Positions 10,617 through 21,102 of a DNA stretch of 30,521 nt are shown here, piece by piece. The notes under the pieces are model-generated. The model saw only the letters and a program-made list of their open reading frames with translations. It was not told where the DNA came from and searched no databases. Both the position numbers and the translations under genes were made by a program. Origin of the DNA: Octopus sinensis (lineage: Eukaryota); assembly GCF_006345805.1 (NCBI RefSeq), contig NW_021832448.1, positions 1 to 30,521 on the forward strand. The letters run 5' to 3'. Position 1 is the stretch's first letter, and every line of letters begins with the position of its first letter.

Positions 10617-10756
10617 TTAATTTCTTTCTTGCAAAAAAAAACTAGGTGGTCTAAAAAAAAAAATTTAGTTGACTTTTAGAGGTCATTTTTGATATTTTTG
10701 GGTCAACTTTGTGGTTGCCCTATTTATTATAAATAGGAAAAAATTAAAAAACAAAA

Positions 10757-10981
10757 ATGGTGAAAAGAATTCCCACCCCGAACAATAATGAGAATAATGA
10801 CTATCTTGAAAATGAATTAAATGAAATTTGCTGCATAATTGAAGAATTAGACCAATGGTTAGACGAATATATTTTGAACGAAGAGAATCTGACACCGAAT
10901 GATCTAAATTTGATCAACATGATCGTTCAGTTTATAGAATTTTTGTCGGAGAAAATTGATGATATTGGAAATCGAACTTGA
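10757..10981 (+). CDS. Intronless 74-aa acidic ORF of unknown function
   Basis: ATG-to-stop ORF rich in N/E/D/I/L; TATAAATA at 10728-10735 and AATAAA at 11016-11021. No family recognised. Confidence 0.35.
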   Translation: MVKRIPTPNNNENNDYLENELNEICCIIEELDQWLDEYILNEENLTPNDLNLINMIVQFIEFLSEKIDDIGNRT

Positions 10982-11029
10982 AACTAATATTAATTTCTTT
11001 ATTTTTCTCTATTTAAATAAATGGTTTAA

Positions 11030-11560
11030 CTCCGAAGCTCCTATATACTTTAAGAAGCTCTCCGTGCTTTCACGAACAAAATCTCCTTCCCGATATTAAA
11101 AATATTCTGAAGTCCGGAGCAGAGTCGCTATGCAACGTACGTTTCGACCCTCTGGGTTGGATTCAATCCACCCTGCCTGTAAGCCGCGGTGGGATTGGAC
11201 TCCGTTCTCCTGTGTCTATTGCTCTTCATGCTTCCTTTCGTCAACGGCATCATCCCGTGTCCTCACTAACATTGTTCTCAGAAACCTACCCGAACGAAAA
11301 ATGTCAGTTGATCACGTGGCCGCTTTGGACCAGTGGGATTCATTGAACAACAAGAGACCCAGTGACCCGTGTATCCAAGCTCGATGGGATGCCATCTCAT
11401 GTGAAGCTCTTGACGTACATCTACGCAAAAATTTCGATCAGCACAGACTTGCATGTCTCCGCGCAGGCTGATGCACAGGGAGTGAGGCCTGGGTTGATGC
11501 TCTCCCTGTCCCTTCCACCGGTAACCTATTAGACAAAGATTGCCTACGAATTGGATTATC
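11030..11560 (+). mobile_element. CRE-like non-LTR retrotransposon fragment (region C-terminal to the RT domain)
   Basis: FLSSTASS..QARWDAISC..DQHRLACLRA..AWVDALPVPSTGNLLDKDCLRIG, resembling the Q..WD / GAWLxALP..G.LLD..LRI segment; disrupted by stops and shifts. Confidence 0.65.
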
Positions 11561-12049
11561 ATTCTTTAATTATTAATAATATGTTTATTCGGTTTTATTG
11601 TTATTCCATTATTTATTTATTTATTTAATGACCAAAAGACCAGGGTAAACCAGTAAATTATAATCCCCGTGATCCCCCATTTAAGCGAGGGAGATCTTTC
11701 TGAAAGGTTCGATCCTGCCCACATGATCGAACTGAGACGACGATGTCTTATGGTCAGAGTGCATTTTAGGTTATCCTAATAAAATTTTCAGATAAAATTT
11801 ATCGTTCATTTAAAAAAATTATTTTTATTCTAGATTAACCTCAGGAGGTGTCGAAAAAGTCTCCAACGAGAGCTAATGATCTCGAGAGTTATTGGCCTAC
11901 AGTCACACTTATTGTACAGTCCGCTTCGCGAGATCCTGGATGGCCAGGAAATTCCAGTTATGTTTCTTAGATAATTTCTATGAAACGAGTCGAGCTTCTC
12001 CAATTCCTCTTTTGTCGTGCTCTAGGTTAAGAGTTGTATAAGAGGATTA

Positions 12050-13530
12050 ATTTGATAAATGTGTCGTATAGCATTGTCCTTTATTTTATGGTGTTCCCTT
12101 TCTGTTTTAGCCATATGTTTTTCAGCCTGTGTAGTGCCGCGTTTTTCTTCGTATGACATCTTCGCTGCTTCCTAATAGAGAGCCAAGTTTCTTAGTGTTC
12201 CTCCATTTCTCTTCGAATGGGTTATTCATTCGTCTTATTTCTGTCCATTCTGTTTTTTCCCTGTTCATGGTGAGAAGCCATTTCCCAAGTATATCTGGTG
12301 CTTTTTCTAGCACATTTTCCATAAGTTTTGTGTTTTCAGAGATTAGGTCGACATCATCGGCATAAATCGCTTCTTCTATTTTTTCAGTTCCTATATAGCG
12401 ATCTCCAAGTATATTGTGAATATTAGCGGCAACAGGGAGTCTTCCTGAGGGGTGGCTGTGTTTATTTCAAATTTCCCTGAGTATCTTTTTTCAACTCTCA
12501 CAAGGAGATCTGTGTTAGATAGATGAATTTGGGTCATTCTTAGACTCAATTCGTCAATAATCCCTTCCACTACTGTCATCAGTTTGCTCTTGTTAACCGA
12601 GTCGAAGGCTTTTGATAGATCTAATTCCAGAATGTGGATGGCATTGCAATATCTTTGATGTGTCGCACATCTCTATTTGTGAATCCATACTACATCAGCC
12701 TTTGGTTTTGGTATAGCTATTAGTATTCTTGTCCCCAGGTGCAAAGTTGAGTTAGTTGAAAACATTCATTTAGTAGTGTAGCGATTTTTTGAAAAAGGGA
12801 GTAAGGACCATATTTTGAATTCTGGGTTTATTGTATCTAGTCCAGGGCTTTTGTCATTTTTTAGTTTTTAAAATGCTGTTTTTAATTCCAAAATTGTAAT
12901 TAGTTCCTTTATGGGTCTTTAATCACATTGAAAAATTTCTCAAAATGTGTTGCAATTACCTCCACCTGCTCCTCAGCATTTGCCATTTTTATTCTTGATT
13001 ATTCGTTATTTCCGGTTTATGTGTCGTAATAAACGAGTGCCCACATAGATTTAAAAATTATTTTTTAGTTTAAATAACTCTTTAATTTTGCGGAGCAGAT
13101 CTGTTGCTGAAGGTGACAATAACCACTCTCTGATCACTGACTAAATCTTCATATGAGCGTGCGTCTATGAGAGGGCGTTTGTCATTAATCCGGCATATAA
13201 TATAATCAATTTGGTTGTATGTAGAGACTAGCTTTCCATCTTTATTTCTTCGTTCGCCCATCCAAGTGGTTATGTGGTATGAATGATGGGAGAATGCGGC
13301 ACAAGAACAGTTTGTTTACTGTCCAGAAATGGCCAAGTATGGGCCAAAGCATGTATCTTTGCCCTGTCTTCCCATGAAGGTATCTTCTGAGTTCTTTTTT
13401 GTATATAAGTGAGGACGGCTCATATTCGTTATACGTTTTTGATAATGCTGAGTAGAATTCATCCAGTTCGGTCGGGTTTTTTACCATTTTTCCACACTGT
13501 GTGCATATTATAATTGTTAGTATATTTTTA
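12050..13530 (-). mobile_element. Degraded APE-endonuclease non-LTR retrotransposon (RTE-like; clade uncertain)
   Basis: Broken frames contain ELDEFYSAL and YNQIDYI (APE), LDLSKAFDSVN, PQEDSLLPLIFTIYL, YADDVDLI (RT) and KKLGSLLG. Confidence 0.8.
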
Positions 13531-14099
13531 GGGGAGCCGGAAAAAACGAGGCACCTCACAACCTCACTAAAAGGGTGACATTTTTGTTATTTAATATACT
13601 TTATAATTAATTAGAATTAAAAAATAATTGATACATAAACAATCAATTATACACGCGTGTTTTCACGCTAGTTTTCTTGTGGTGCACTATGAAATTTTGT
13701 ATTTACAATTTTTTTTATTTTCTGTTTATTTTTGACAATTCATCATTGTTATGTTTATTGGTTCTTTAAATCTTCTCTTATACGAAGGGAGTCGATTTAA
13801 AGGCATATATAAATGCTTATAAACATTCTTAACAGTGATTGGTGTCTTTTTTTTATTTATTTTGTATATAAAGACAGTATTGTTGAATACAATCTGTTGA
13901 TTTTTTTCTTTAATTTAATCTTTATTTTATATACCGTCCAAACTAAATTATATAATAACGTTGCGCACAAAAAGTCCTGTGAATACCCTGTTTCATCAAA
14001 AAACTATGAGTTTTTGTGAACATATTGAACGACCTGTTTTGATGTAACCCTATTTTGTTGATTTTTTTATTTTTAATTTTTTGGTTGTTTTTCTATTTT

Positions 14100-15130
14100 T
14101 TTATTATTTTCTGCAAATACAACATCTGCGAAGCCATTGAAATCTGCAAAGCCAAATTCAAACCTTGAAATAAAATCATTTGCTTCAGGAACAAGTTCAA
14201 TTTCATTTGTCAGCTAAAATAAAAACATCAGCCAAACCAATGAAGGGTGGAAGATTTTATTCCCCAACAACTCGAAAGCCACCGTTCCCACTCCCCAGAC
14301 GTCAATCTGTCGATACAACGTTTTTAGAAAAGTTGAAGATATCTTTCCAGATTTCCGGAGCAATTTCAGGATATTCATCACAGCAAATTACTTGTTCCTG
14401 CCTGGCAGAAATATCAAAAATTTCAATTTTGATTTGTGTACTTTAAAGGAAGACTGCCTCTGCAGAAACATAATGTATGAAGTCACGGGTATGCTACGAT
14501 ACACACTTTGGCACAAAATCCCAAAAAATGAGGGCATTGATCACTTCAAAGCATTTAAATTCACTACCGTCATGCATTCCCTCAAAGAATTCACTTTAGC
14601 CATTATTTTGAGTAACATACTGTTAAATCCACTAAAGGTGACCGAAACAAAATCATCGTAACGCCATAATAACCAAAGATATGCTCGTGGACAATATTCT
14701 TGCTGTGTACGAGATTATTAGCGAATGGAGATCATTGGCCTGACTAACAATGCTCAAAGATAAAACTTGAAATCGACGCAGCGAATTATCTTCAATGTTC
14801 TTTTTTCGCATTGAGATATTTGAATTCCAAACGAGCAATTTTTCGAAATGGACGAAAAGTCAATAGATGGAAGAACAAAGTCCTAAACTCAGCATTTGAT
14901 AATTAAAACTGTGTCGAAAAACGATTTCTGAACGTTAAGATTTTGTCAATCAGTTGAAGCAATCCAATAATTGATGCTTCGAAGTGAACAGACATTACTT
15001 TGTCTTTCTGCTTTCGAAGAGGTCAGAAAAGTCAGAGTTTGGTCACCTGTTGCTGAGGAAATCTTTACTGTGTTGTCATTCAACCTAAAATTCTCTGAAT
15101 TAAAAATAACTCATTATTAATGAGTGATGC
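14100..15130 (-). other. Probable multi-exon divergent protein-kinase-like gene or pseudogene
   Basis: YPEIAPEIW (subdomain VIII) followed, after a 1-nt frame change, by IDVWGVGTVAFELLG (subdomain IX); GT..AG micro-intron candidates upstream; no clean HRD or DFG found. Confidence 0.4.
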
Positions 15131-15377
15131 CGATTAGATAAAATTGAAAAGTGAATAAGATGATTTTGCAAAACTGACTAACATTTTGGTTTTTTTGAGC
15201 TTCAATAAAACTCTAAATTTTGATTATATAAAAAAACTATTTAAATTGAAAAACTTTTCATTCTTTACTAACGATTCAGATAGTTGCTGTTTTTATAATT
15301 ATGATAATTAATTGGATTCTCGTCATAATACAATTTAAGTTCATATTTTTAATTTATACAAACAAGACAAAAATTAC

Positions 15378-15446
15378 AGATAGCTAAGTTAGTTAAAGGC
15401 CTCACGAGACACCCGACCAGCCGCGCGAATGGCGAAGACGTTCCCT
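15378..15446 (-). repeat. 69-bp GC-rich motif, copy 2 of the inverted pair
   Basis: Reverse complement of 10548-10616 with 4 mismatches. Confidence 0.9.
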
Positions 15447-15639
15447 AGTTCATATTTTATAGAAATTTTTTTTAAATGAAAATTCAAACTAATTGATAAA
15501 TCAGTCAGCTGTTGACGAGCAATGATTTATAAGGTCAATGTAATAGGCCAATTTATTTTGTACATCAATTAATAACAATTAAATTTAACTTAAATTGTTT
15601 TTTTGAGCCATTTTTTAGCTCTCTAACTGCAATCTCTTG

Positions 15640-16270
15640 TCGACCATCACCAATCTGATCCTCACTCCAGGATTGTTGTTCCATGGGCACGATTCTGTCG
15701 TCCTCAAATTGTCGTAGAGATTTTCGTTCATCACTCATCATTCTCTTGAAAGTTCATCCCATGTCGGTGCTCCACTAACATGCTGTCAAGAGTTTTCTTT
15801 AGTACGATAGATTGAATATATGCCCTCGGAATAATATCCACACCCAGAAAATCCATATATGATTTGTAGAATTTACTCACAATTCCCTCCCAAGTCATAA
15901 CAATAGGGACAATTTTAACTTTCGCTTTGTATATTTGGGACAACTCTCCAGCGAGGAGGTCGTATTCATGAAGTTTTTCAATCTCAACCACCTTCAGCAT
16001 CTCCTGAGAAGTGATTCTGACCTCTACTAAAGTAATCTCCCTTGTCCTTTTATCGAAAACAAATATATCCGGCTTGTTATTTTGTACTTTGATGTCTGTC
16101 ATCAGCGTCGTATCGACTCTAATCTCGACATTCTCAGTTGTTACTATTGATTGGACTGAGTGAGTCTTCAGTTTCTTTGAATATGTGATTCCATATTTAC
16201 GACACAGGTTTAAATGAAGACATCTCACCACCACCTCATTGTGACGGCGTATATAGGTTTTTCGGATCAA
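15640..16270 (-). mobile_element. 5'-truncated R4/Dong-like retrotransposon (REL endonuclease end)
   Basis: RRHNEVVVRCLH, NNKPDIFVFDK, LVEVRITSQ, EIEKLHEYD, VPIVMTWEG; homologous to 24248-25060. Confidence 0.88.
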
Positions 16271-16329
16271 TATAATAATTTTTAATTCAAAGAATTTTTT
16301 AATTCAAAGAAAAAAAGATCAAAAAGAGT

Positions 16330-16921
16330 AAATTATCGTAAATGTGCCGAATGTCCAGCTTACTTCTTCCTCGAGAAGGTCTTGTAACGACATTAAAGCC
16401 AACTTCATCCAAAAATATTAAAGCTTTATCATTATGCAAAGCTTCCAATTTTTGAAATCTGTTGCATATTGTCTTCTGCTTTCTATAGTTGAAACTGAGT
16501 TTCTTCTTTCTGGTATTAATGTAACTCTTTTAAGAGTATAATGAAAAGAATTTAAAGCCTTGGCGACGTTGTCCAGTGATAATTTTAAATTAAATTTGAA
16601 AATATCCATTCGCTCAAATCCTTCAAAGATCTGGTGCAATCTTCCATCAACATATTCAACTTATTCTTGTTTCATTTCGTCTGTTAGCTTAGACCTTCTA
16701 TCTCCACCACGTTTAGATGGAATAACTTTCCCCGTTTAACTTTTCAAAATACTGTTAACGGTTTGATATTTTTTGTCGAACAGTTGAGCAATATCTTTGG
16801 TTGAATATCCATCCAAAGATTTGTTTATTATACTTTCTCTCACATCATTAGATATTATTTGTCGGCGAACCATCGCTGGTTCGATTGAATATTCAGAAGC
16901 ATTTTGATTATGTAAATCCAT
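16330..16921 (-). mobile_element. Tc1/mariner-IS630-like transposase relic (N-terminal HTH to first catalytic Asp)
   Basis: ISNDVRESII..STKDIAQLFDKKYQTVNSI (HTH), a RGGDRRSKL-like linker, LKRVTLIPERRNS and IFLDEVGF across frameshifts; 3' half missing. Confidence 0.8.
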
Positions 16922-16975
16922 TAACAGTAAATTCAGGTCAATAAAATTTAAATTTTATTTAATTTAAAAATTATT

Positions 16976-17029
16976 TTGGTTCGAAAAGTTATTATATTGG
17001 TTCGAAAAATTATTATATTGATCCGAAAA
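16976..17029. repeat. 21-bp tandem repeat, about 2.6 copies (TTGGTTCGAAAARTTATTATA)
   Basis: Units at 16976-16996 and 16997-17017 plus a partial third; lies just upstream of the Tc1-like ORF and may be subterminal repeats. Confidence 0.75.
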
Positions 17030-17726
17030 CCCTATATAATCACTATTTAACATTCTATTGCATCTCGTTGCCAAATGATCGAAAGGCCATATTAAAGCAA
17101 TTAATTAAATGGAATTTAATCCTGTCTAAAAATAAATCTTTTTTATCTTTGGAAAATATGCATTTTATGAACCCTTACAGATGTAGTGACGTTCCGTTAA
17201 GATGGTCTCATTATCTGAACTTGATTCTTGTAGCATTTGACTCAATTTTTTAGATTAAAAAAATTCCTTTATGATCTAAATATTTTTTTATTTACTTGAA
17301 CTTTAAAATTTCAGATTTTTGTTAGTTTCATTCTTCGGCGTGATATTAAAGATTTTATCTTTTTATAATCCGTCTGTACACTTATTTATAATCTAAACCT
17401 TTATTGACTTTATTATTTTTTTGATAACAAGTGGTTGTACTTCTACGCACCACTTTTTCCGAGTTTCCAAGCATTTAATGAAACACAAATCATTCTAGGA
17501 TTACAACCTCTCAATCAGGAATCTATTCTTCCTGTAGAACCGATCACTGCCGACGATTGTGCACTATACATTTGAAAATATTCCTGCTGACTCGTTTTCC
17601 CAAAAAAATCAATTTGGAATACAAAGGGACAATCTGTTGCCAGCTGTGTTGTTGATCCTTGTTAATTCTGACAAATATTATTGTTGCAATTATGTATATA
17701 AATTTTCACACTAAAAATAGACAAAT

Positions 17727-18363
17727 ATGAAACACAATGTTTTGGTTGGGTGTACGGGAAGTGTGGCCAGTACCAAGACTCCTCATCTTGTTGAACAATT
17801 GATGGTTAAAGTTCAATCATATTTCCAGAAAATTGCAAACGTAAAACTTGTTGTTACAGAACACGCGTTGCACTTTTTTTCGAAGGATTCTGTGAAATGC
17901 CCAGTCTATCAAGACAGTGACGAATGGGTTGACTATCATTTTTGATACGGCAGAGGTGGGAAAAGATGGGGGACACTATTTTACATATTGATATCAGGAA
18001 TTGGGCTACTCTCTTCTTGATTGCTCCACTCGATGCCAACAGTCTCTCAAAAATTAGTCACGGCCTCTGCGACAATTTACTTGTAGATTAGTATAATCAG
18101 TCCACCTCCATTGCTCGTTGTTGGCCTCCTGATAAGCCACTTCTCTTTGCGCCTGCCATGAACACGACAATGTGGGACCATCCAGCCACTTCCGAGGCTT
18201 TGGAAAACTGCGGAATTTGGGATATGAGCTTATCCCCTGCATATATAAGCATTTGGCTTGTGGGGATACTGGTTAGACTTAGTTTTCATCTTCTCCAGGA
18301 TTTGGGGCAATGGCTGAGGTGGATGACATTTGTAAACAAGTCTCGACTTTTCTTGAACGATGA
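17727..18363 (+). CDS. PPCDC: Phosphopantothenoylcysteine decarboxylase (CoA synthesis flavoprotein), with one apparent -1 indel
   Basis: VLVGCTGSVAS, VVTEHALHFF, LHIDIRNWATLFLIAPLDANSLSKISHGLCDNLL, PLLFAPAMNTTMWDHP, KHLACGDTGFGAMAEV. Introns 17805-17828, 17928-17953, 18083-18100, 18272-18298. The A4 run at 18204-18207 needs A5 to keep the frame. Confidence 0.93.
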
Positions 18364-20220
18364 ATTTTTTAAAATTTCTTTTAGTATTTTAGTTTTTCTT
18401 TAAAAAGATTTGATTTTTATTCATCTTCACTTTACTAGTTTTAAAGTCAGCTTCTATTGTCTGTTTACGTTGAATATCTCATAATTGATTGTTAAGTGAC
18501 TAAAGAAAAAACAAATTTTTTTCAACAATTCCAAACAAGATCGATTTGCAATCCGAACCTTAATGAGAGTAAAAATTAATTTACAACGTTATCTCTCAAG
18601 GAATAATTGTATTTATGCCAATTCTTCTATTTATCTTTTTTTAGTATTCATCGGATTTATCTCAAAATCAAAGGATCCGTCTGCTAGCCATTCTCGCCAT
18701 TAGTTAAAATAAACACCTTTTATGTATTCGATCATCGTTAACTGATTTTTTACAAGAATTCCCTTAAAAATATGTATATTTTCTTGAAAAACTATAATCT
18801 TAGATTGTTCAGACTGCTGTAAATCCTTTGAATCTTGAACTTTCCCAGACAATTCGGATTTCGGAATTTTTCAATTCTGTCCTATTATTGTCAGATTTAG
18901 AATCTGGGGACTCGATATTTTAGAAACTAAAATAATTATAATCATAAAATTGACAATATAAGTCAAAAACAAATAGGATCCATTTGTATCCTCAGTTAAC
19001 ACTTTAGACCTTTTCAGATCGATGAGGCCAATTTAACATCGCTCATTCGGAATAGAGGCATAAACATGATTAAACACACAATCCCTAATTTGTCACTTTG
19101 TTATGGAATGTCTTAAGTCATATAGCGATGCATTAATATTCTCCAAATATCCTTCTTTCTAGGTCAATCAAAAAAATTAAATTTCAATTTGAGATCAAAT
19201 AATAAACTACGAACCATTTTGTCTAAACAGGCCATGTTACCAATAGCTTGCTACAAAATTAGTCATCTTGCAAAAAATAAGCAGCCTTTATTGAGATTGA
19301 GAATTTAATAAAGCAAAATATTCTTATATTTACTGAAGAATTTTGTTCTTCATAAATTAACAAAGTTGACTTAACTAACAGCTTACCAGTAATACAGGTT
19401 CTCAGAAAATTGAGAAAGTATCTGAAGATCTAGCTCCATACTAAATCAAATTTTTATAAATTATTCTATTGGTTTTGACACTTTACTACGCATTCAACGT
19501 CCAAAAACTTCCAAAAGATTTACGGTTACATCAATAATCGTTTATTATTTAAAAATAAAAAAATATACTGGTGTTTTAATTTAATTTTTAGAGTTGGGGA
19601 TAATACAATTATTTAAGTAAAGATACATAAATACTTTATTAAAAAAGAAACTAATTAACTAAGTAATTTTACTACTTGCGAATTCGGGAAAACTGCCGTT
19701 GAATACTCAGCGGGGGTCGTTGAGCTGACTTGTAAGCTCTCGACTATCCTTTTAACAACGTCAAAAAATAAGACCATCGGACGTGAGTCACTTAAAACTC
19801 CTATTAAAAATCTGGGCTGCGAAATATTTCCGGTATCCTCGTGACATTCGATGAGAAATAAGGAAATGGATTTAGTGACTTGTGTATTGAAATGGATTTA
19901 ATGACAATTTTAGACCCAAATACATGGAAGACCCAAAATTCCCTAAAGTCAAAGGATTGTTTAGAAATTTAACCAGACGGCTCAAGAAGCTTTTCAAAAA
20001 TAAAAAATTGTATAATAAAAATAAAATGATGAAATACATTGAAAAGTTTAAAACGAAAAGCCTTCTCATCAATAGGTAGGCTGTTTCTTAAACATTTCTT
20101 AGGAGTTAGTCAATCCAGGAGAAAAAGACAGCATTGAACAAGAATTTCTAACAATGTCTCACAATTTATCCACCCGCGACAAAATATGACCAAAATGTTG
20201 AATTTTGAAAAATAGAATAA

Positions 20221-20292
20221 TACCCCGACTGGGAGTTGACCCAGAACCTTTCGCGTGTAAGGCGAACGTGATAACCGCTACACCACCGAGGC
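20221..20292 (-). tRNA. tRNA-Val(TAC), with a 6-nt T-loop (possible pseudogene or error)
   Basis: GCCTCGG TG GTGTAGCGGTTATCAC G TTCGC CTTACAC GCGAA AGGTT CTGGG TCAACT CCCAG TCGGGGT A folds as a cloverleaf; a T5 Pol III terminator follows about 8 nt downstream. Confidence 0.85.
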
Positions 20293-20512
20293 TGATATTT
20301 TAATTTTCGTGCATTGTAGTAAAACCTCTATCACTTAAATAGACGACATTACTCATCCCATGTTCCAACTGTCCGAAATGAGTATAATCTGTTTTGTCAG
20401 TACATGGAGGTGATTCTCTTAGAGTACTCTCCTGACTACATTTCATCGTATTCACTTGGCTTGAATTCGATCAGACTGAAGTAGTAATCAAGCAAAGAGA
20501 TTGCATACTCAT

Positions 20513-21099
20513 TCAACGAATGGAATAAGTTAGAATACGTAATTTTTTATCAAATATATCATTTGTTAGTAAGTAGAAATAATTATGTGAAGAGATCATT
20601 GTTGTCCGCAGATTAGCCAATGGTGGCTGCCATTTTGCATTTTTATTTAATTTTCGAAACTCTGTCGGTCCAAGTTTGTCAGATTTCTTTCCACTTCTAC
20701 TTTTCAGTTCAAGAAACAGAGCTGCTTAAAAGTTAAAATTTAAACCTAAATTATTTCTAGGCTGAAGGGAAATGCAACGTGAATATTCCTCTAAGTCGAT
20801 TCCTAAGAGCTTCCTTATTTCCAATGAAATAAACTAAACTAAAAGTTATCAAAAAACTTTGATCAGATTCCAATCTCTGATTCCAATTTTAGGTAAATTT
20901 GAGGCGTGCATGTGAATTAGTTTTCGGCCATTTATGTAGTTATTCTCAAAGCATTCCTTTCGATTAATCAAGCATTGGTTACTGCCAACTCAGGGTGGCC
21001 AAGTTCTGTTTTGACCCAGTCTCCCACCTGCTTGATAGACCAGTCAATGCAATCTGGTACACTAACTAATTCGTGAATAAAATAAGTGTCTTTTGTGAG
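20513..21099 (-). CDS. SAMD15: SAM-domain protein, SAMD15-like; start codon not resolved
   Basis: Spliced DWSIKQVGDWVK..ECFENNYINGRKLIHMHASNLPKIGIRDWNLIKFISLEIRKLLGI..SRCISLQPRNNLALFLELKSRSGKKSDKL is colinear with SAMD15 ([47 protein letters not shown]). Three introns of 24-26 nt; both ends approximate. Confidence 0.85.
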
Positions 21100-21102
21100 T
21101 CA

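Noticed and set aside
11700-11735. GGTTCGATCC B-box as a tRNA gene
   Set aside because: No acceptor, D or anticodon arm can be built around it; kept only as part of the structured-element finding.
14100-15130. This segment as the missing 5' half of the TBC gene
   Set aside because: It shows kinase subdomain VIII-IX motifs and none of the TBC N-terminal signatures.
16976-17029. 21-bp repeats as a CRISPR array
   Set aside because: Units are directly adjacent with no spacers, the context is eukaryotic and there are no cas genes.
17050-17700. Short open frames upstream of PPCDC
   Set aside because: No recognisable motifs and no consistent splice model.
18450-20160. Exon-like segments and GT..AG micro-intron candidates on both strands
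   Set aside because: Probably one or more host genes, but I could not build a consistent reading frame or recognise a family, so no feature is called.
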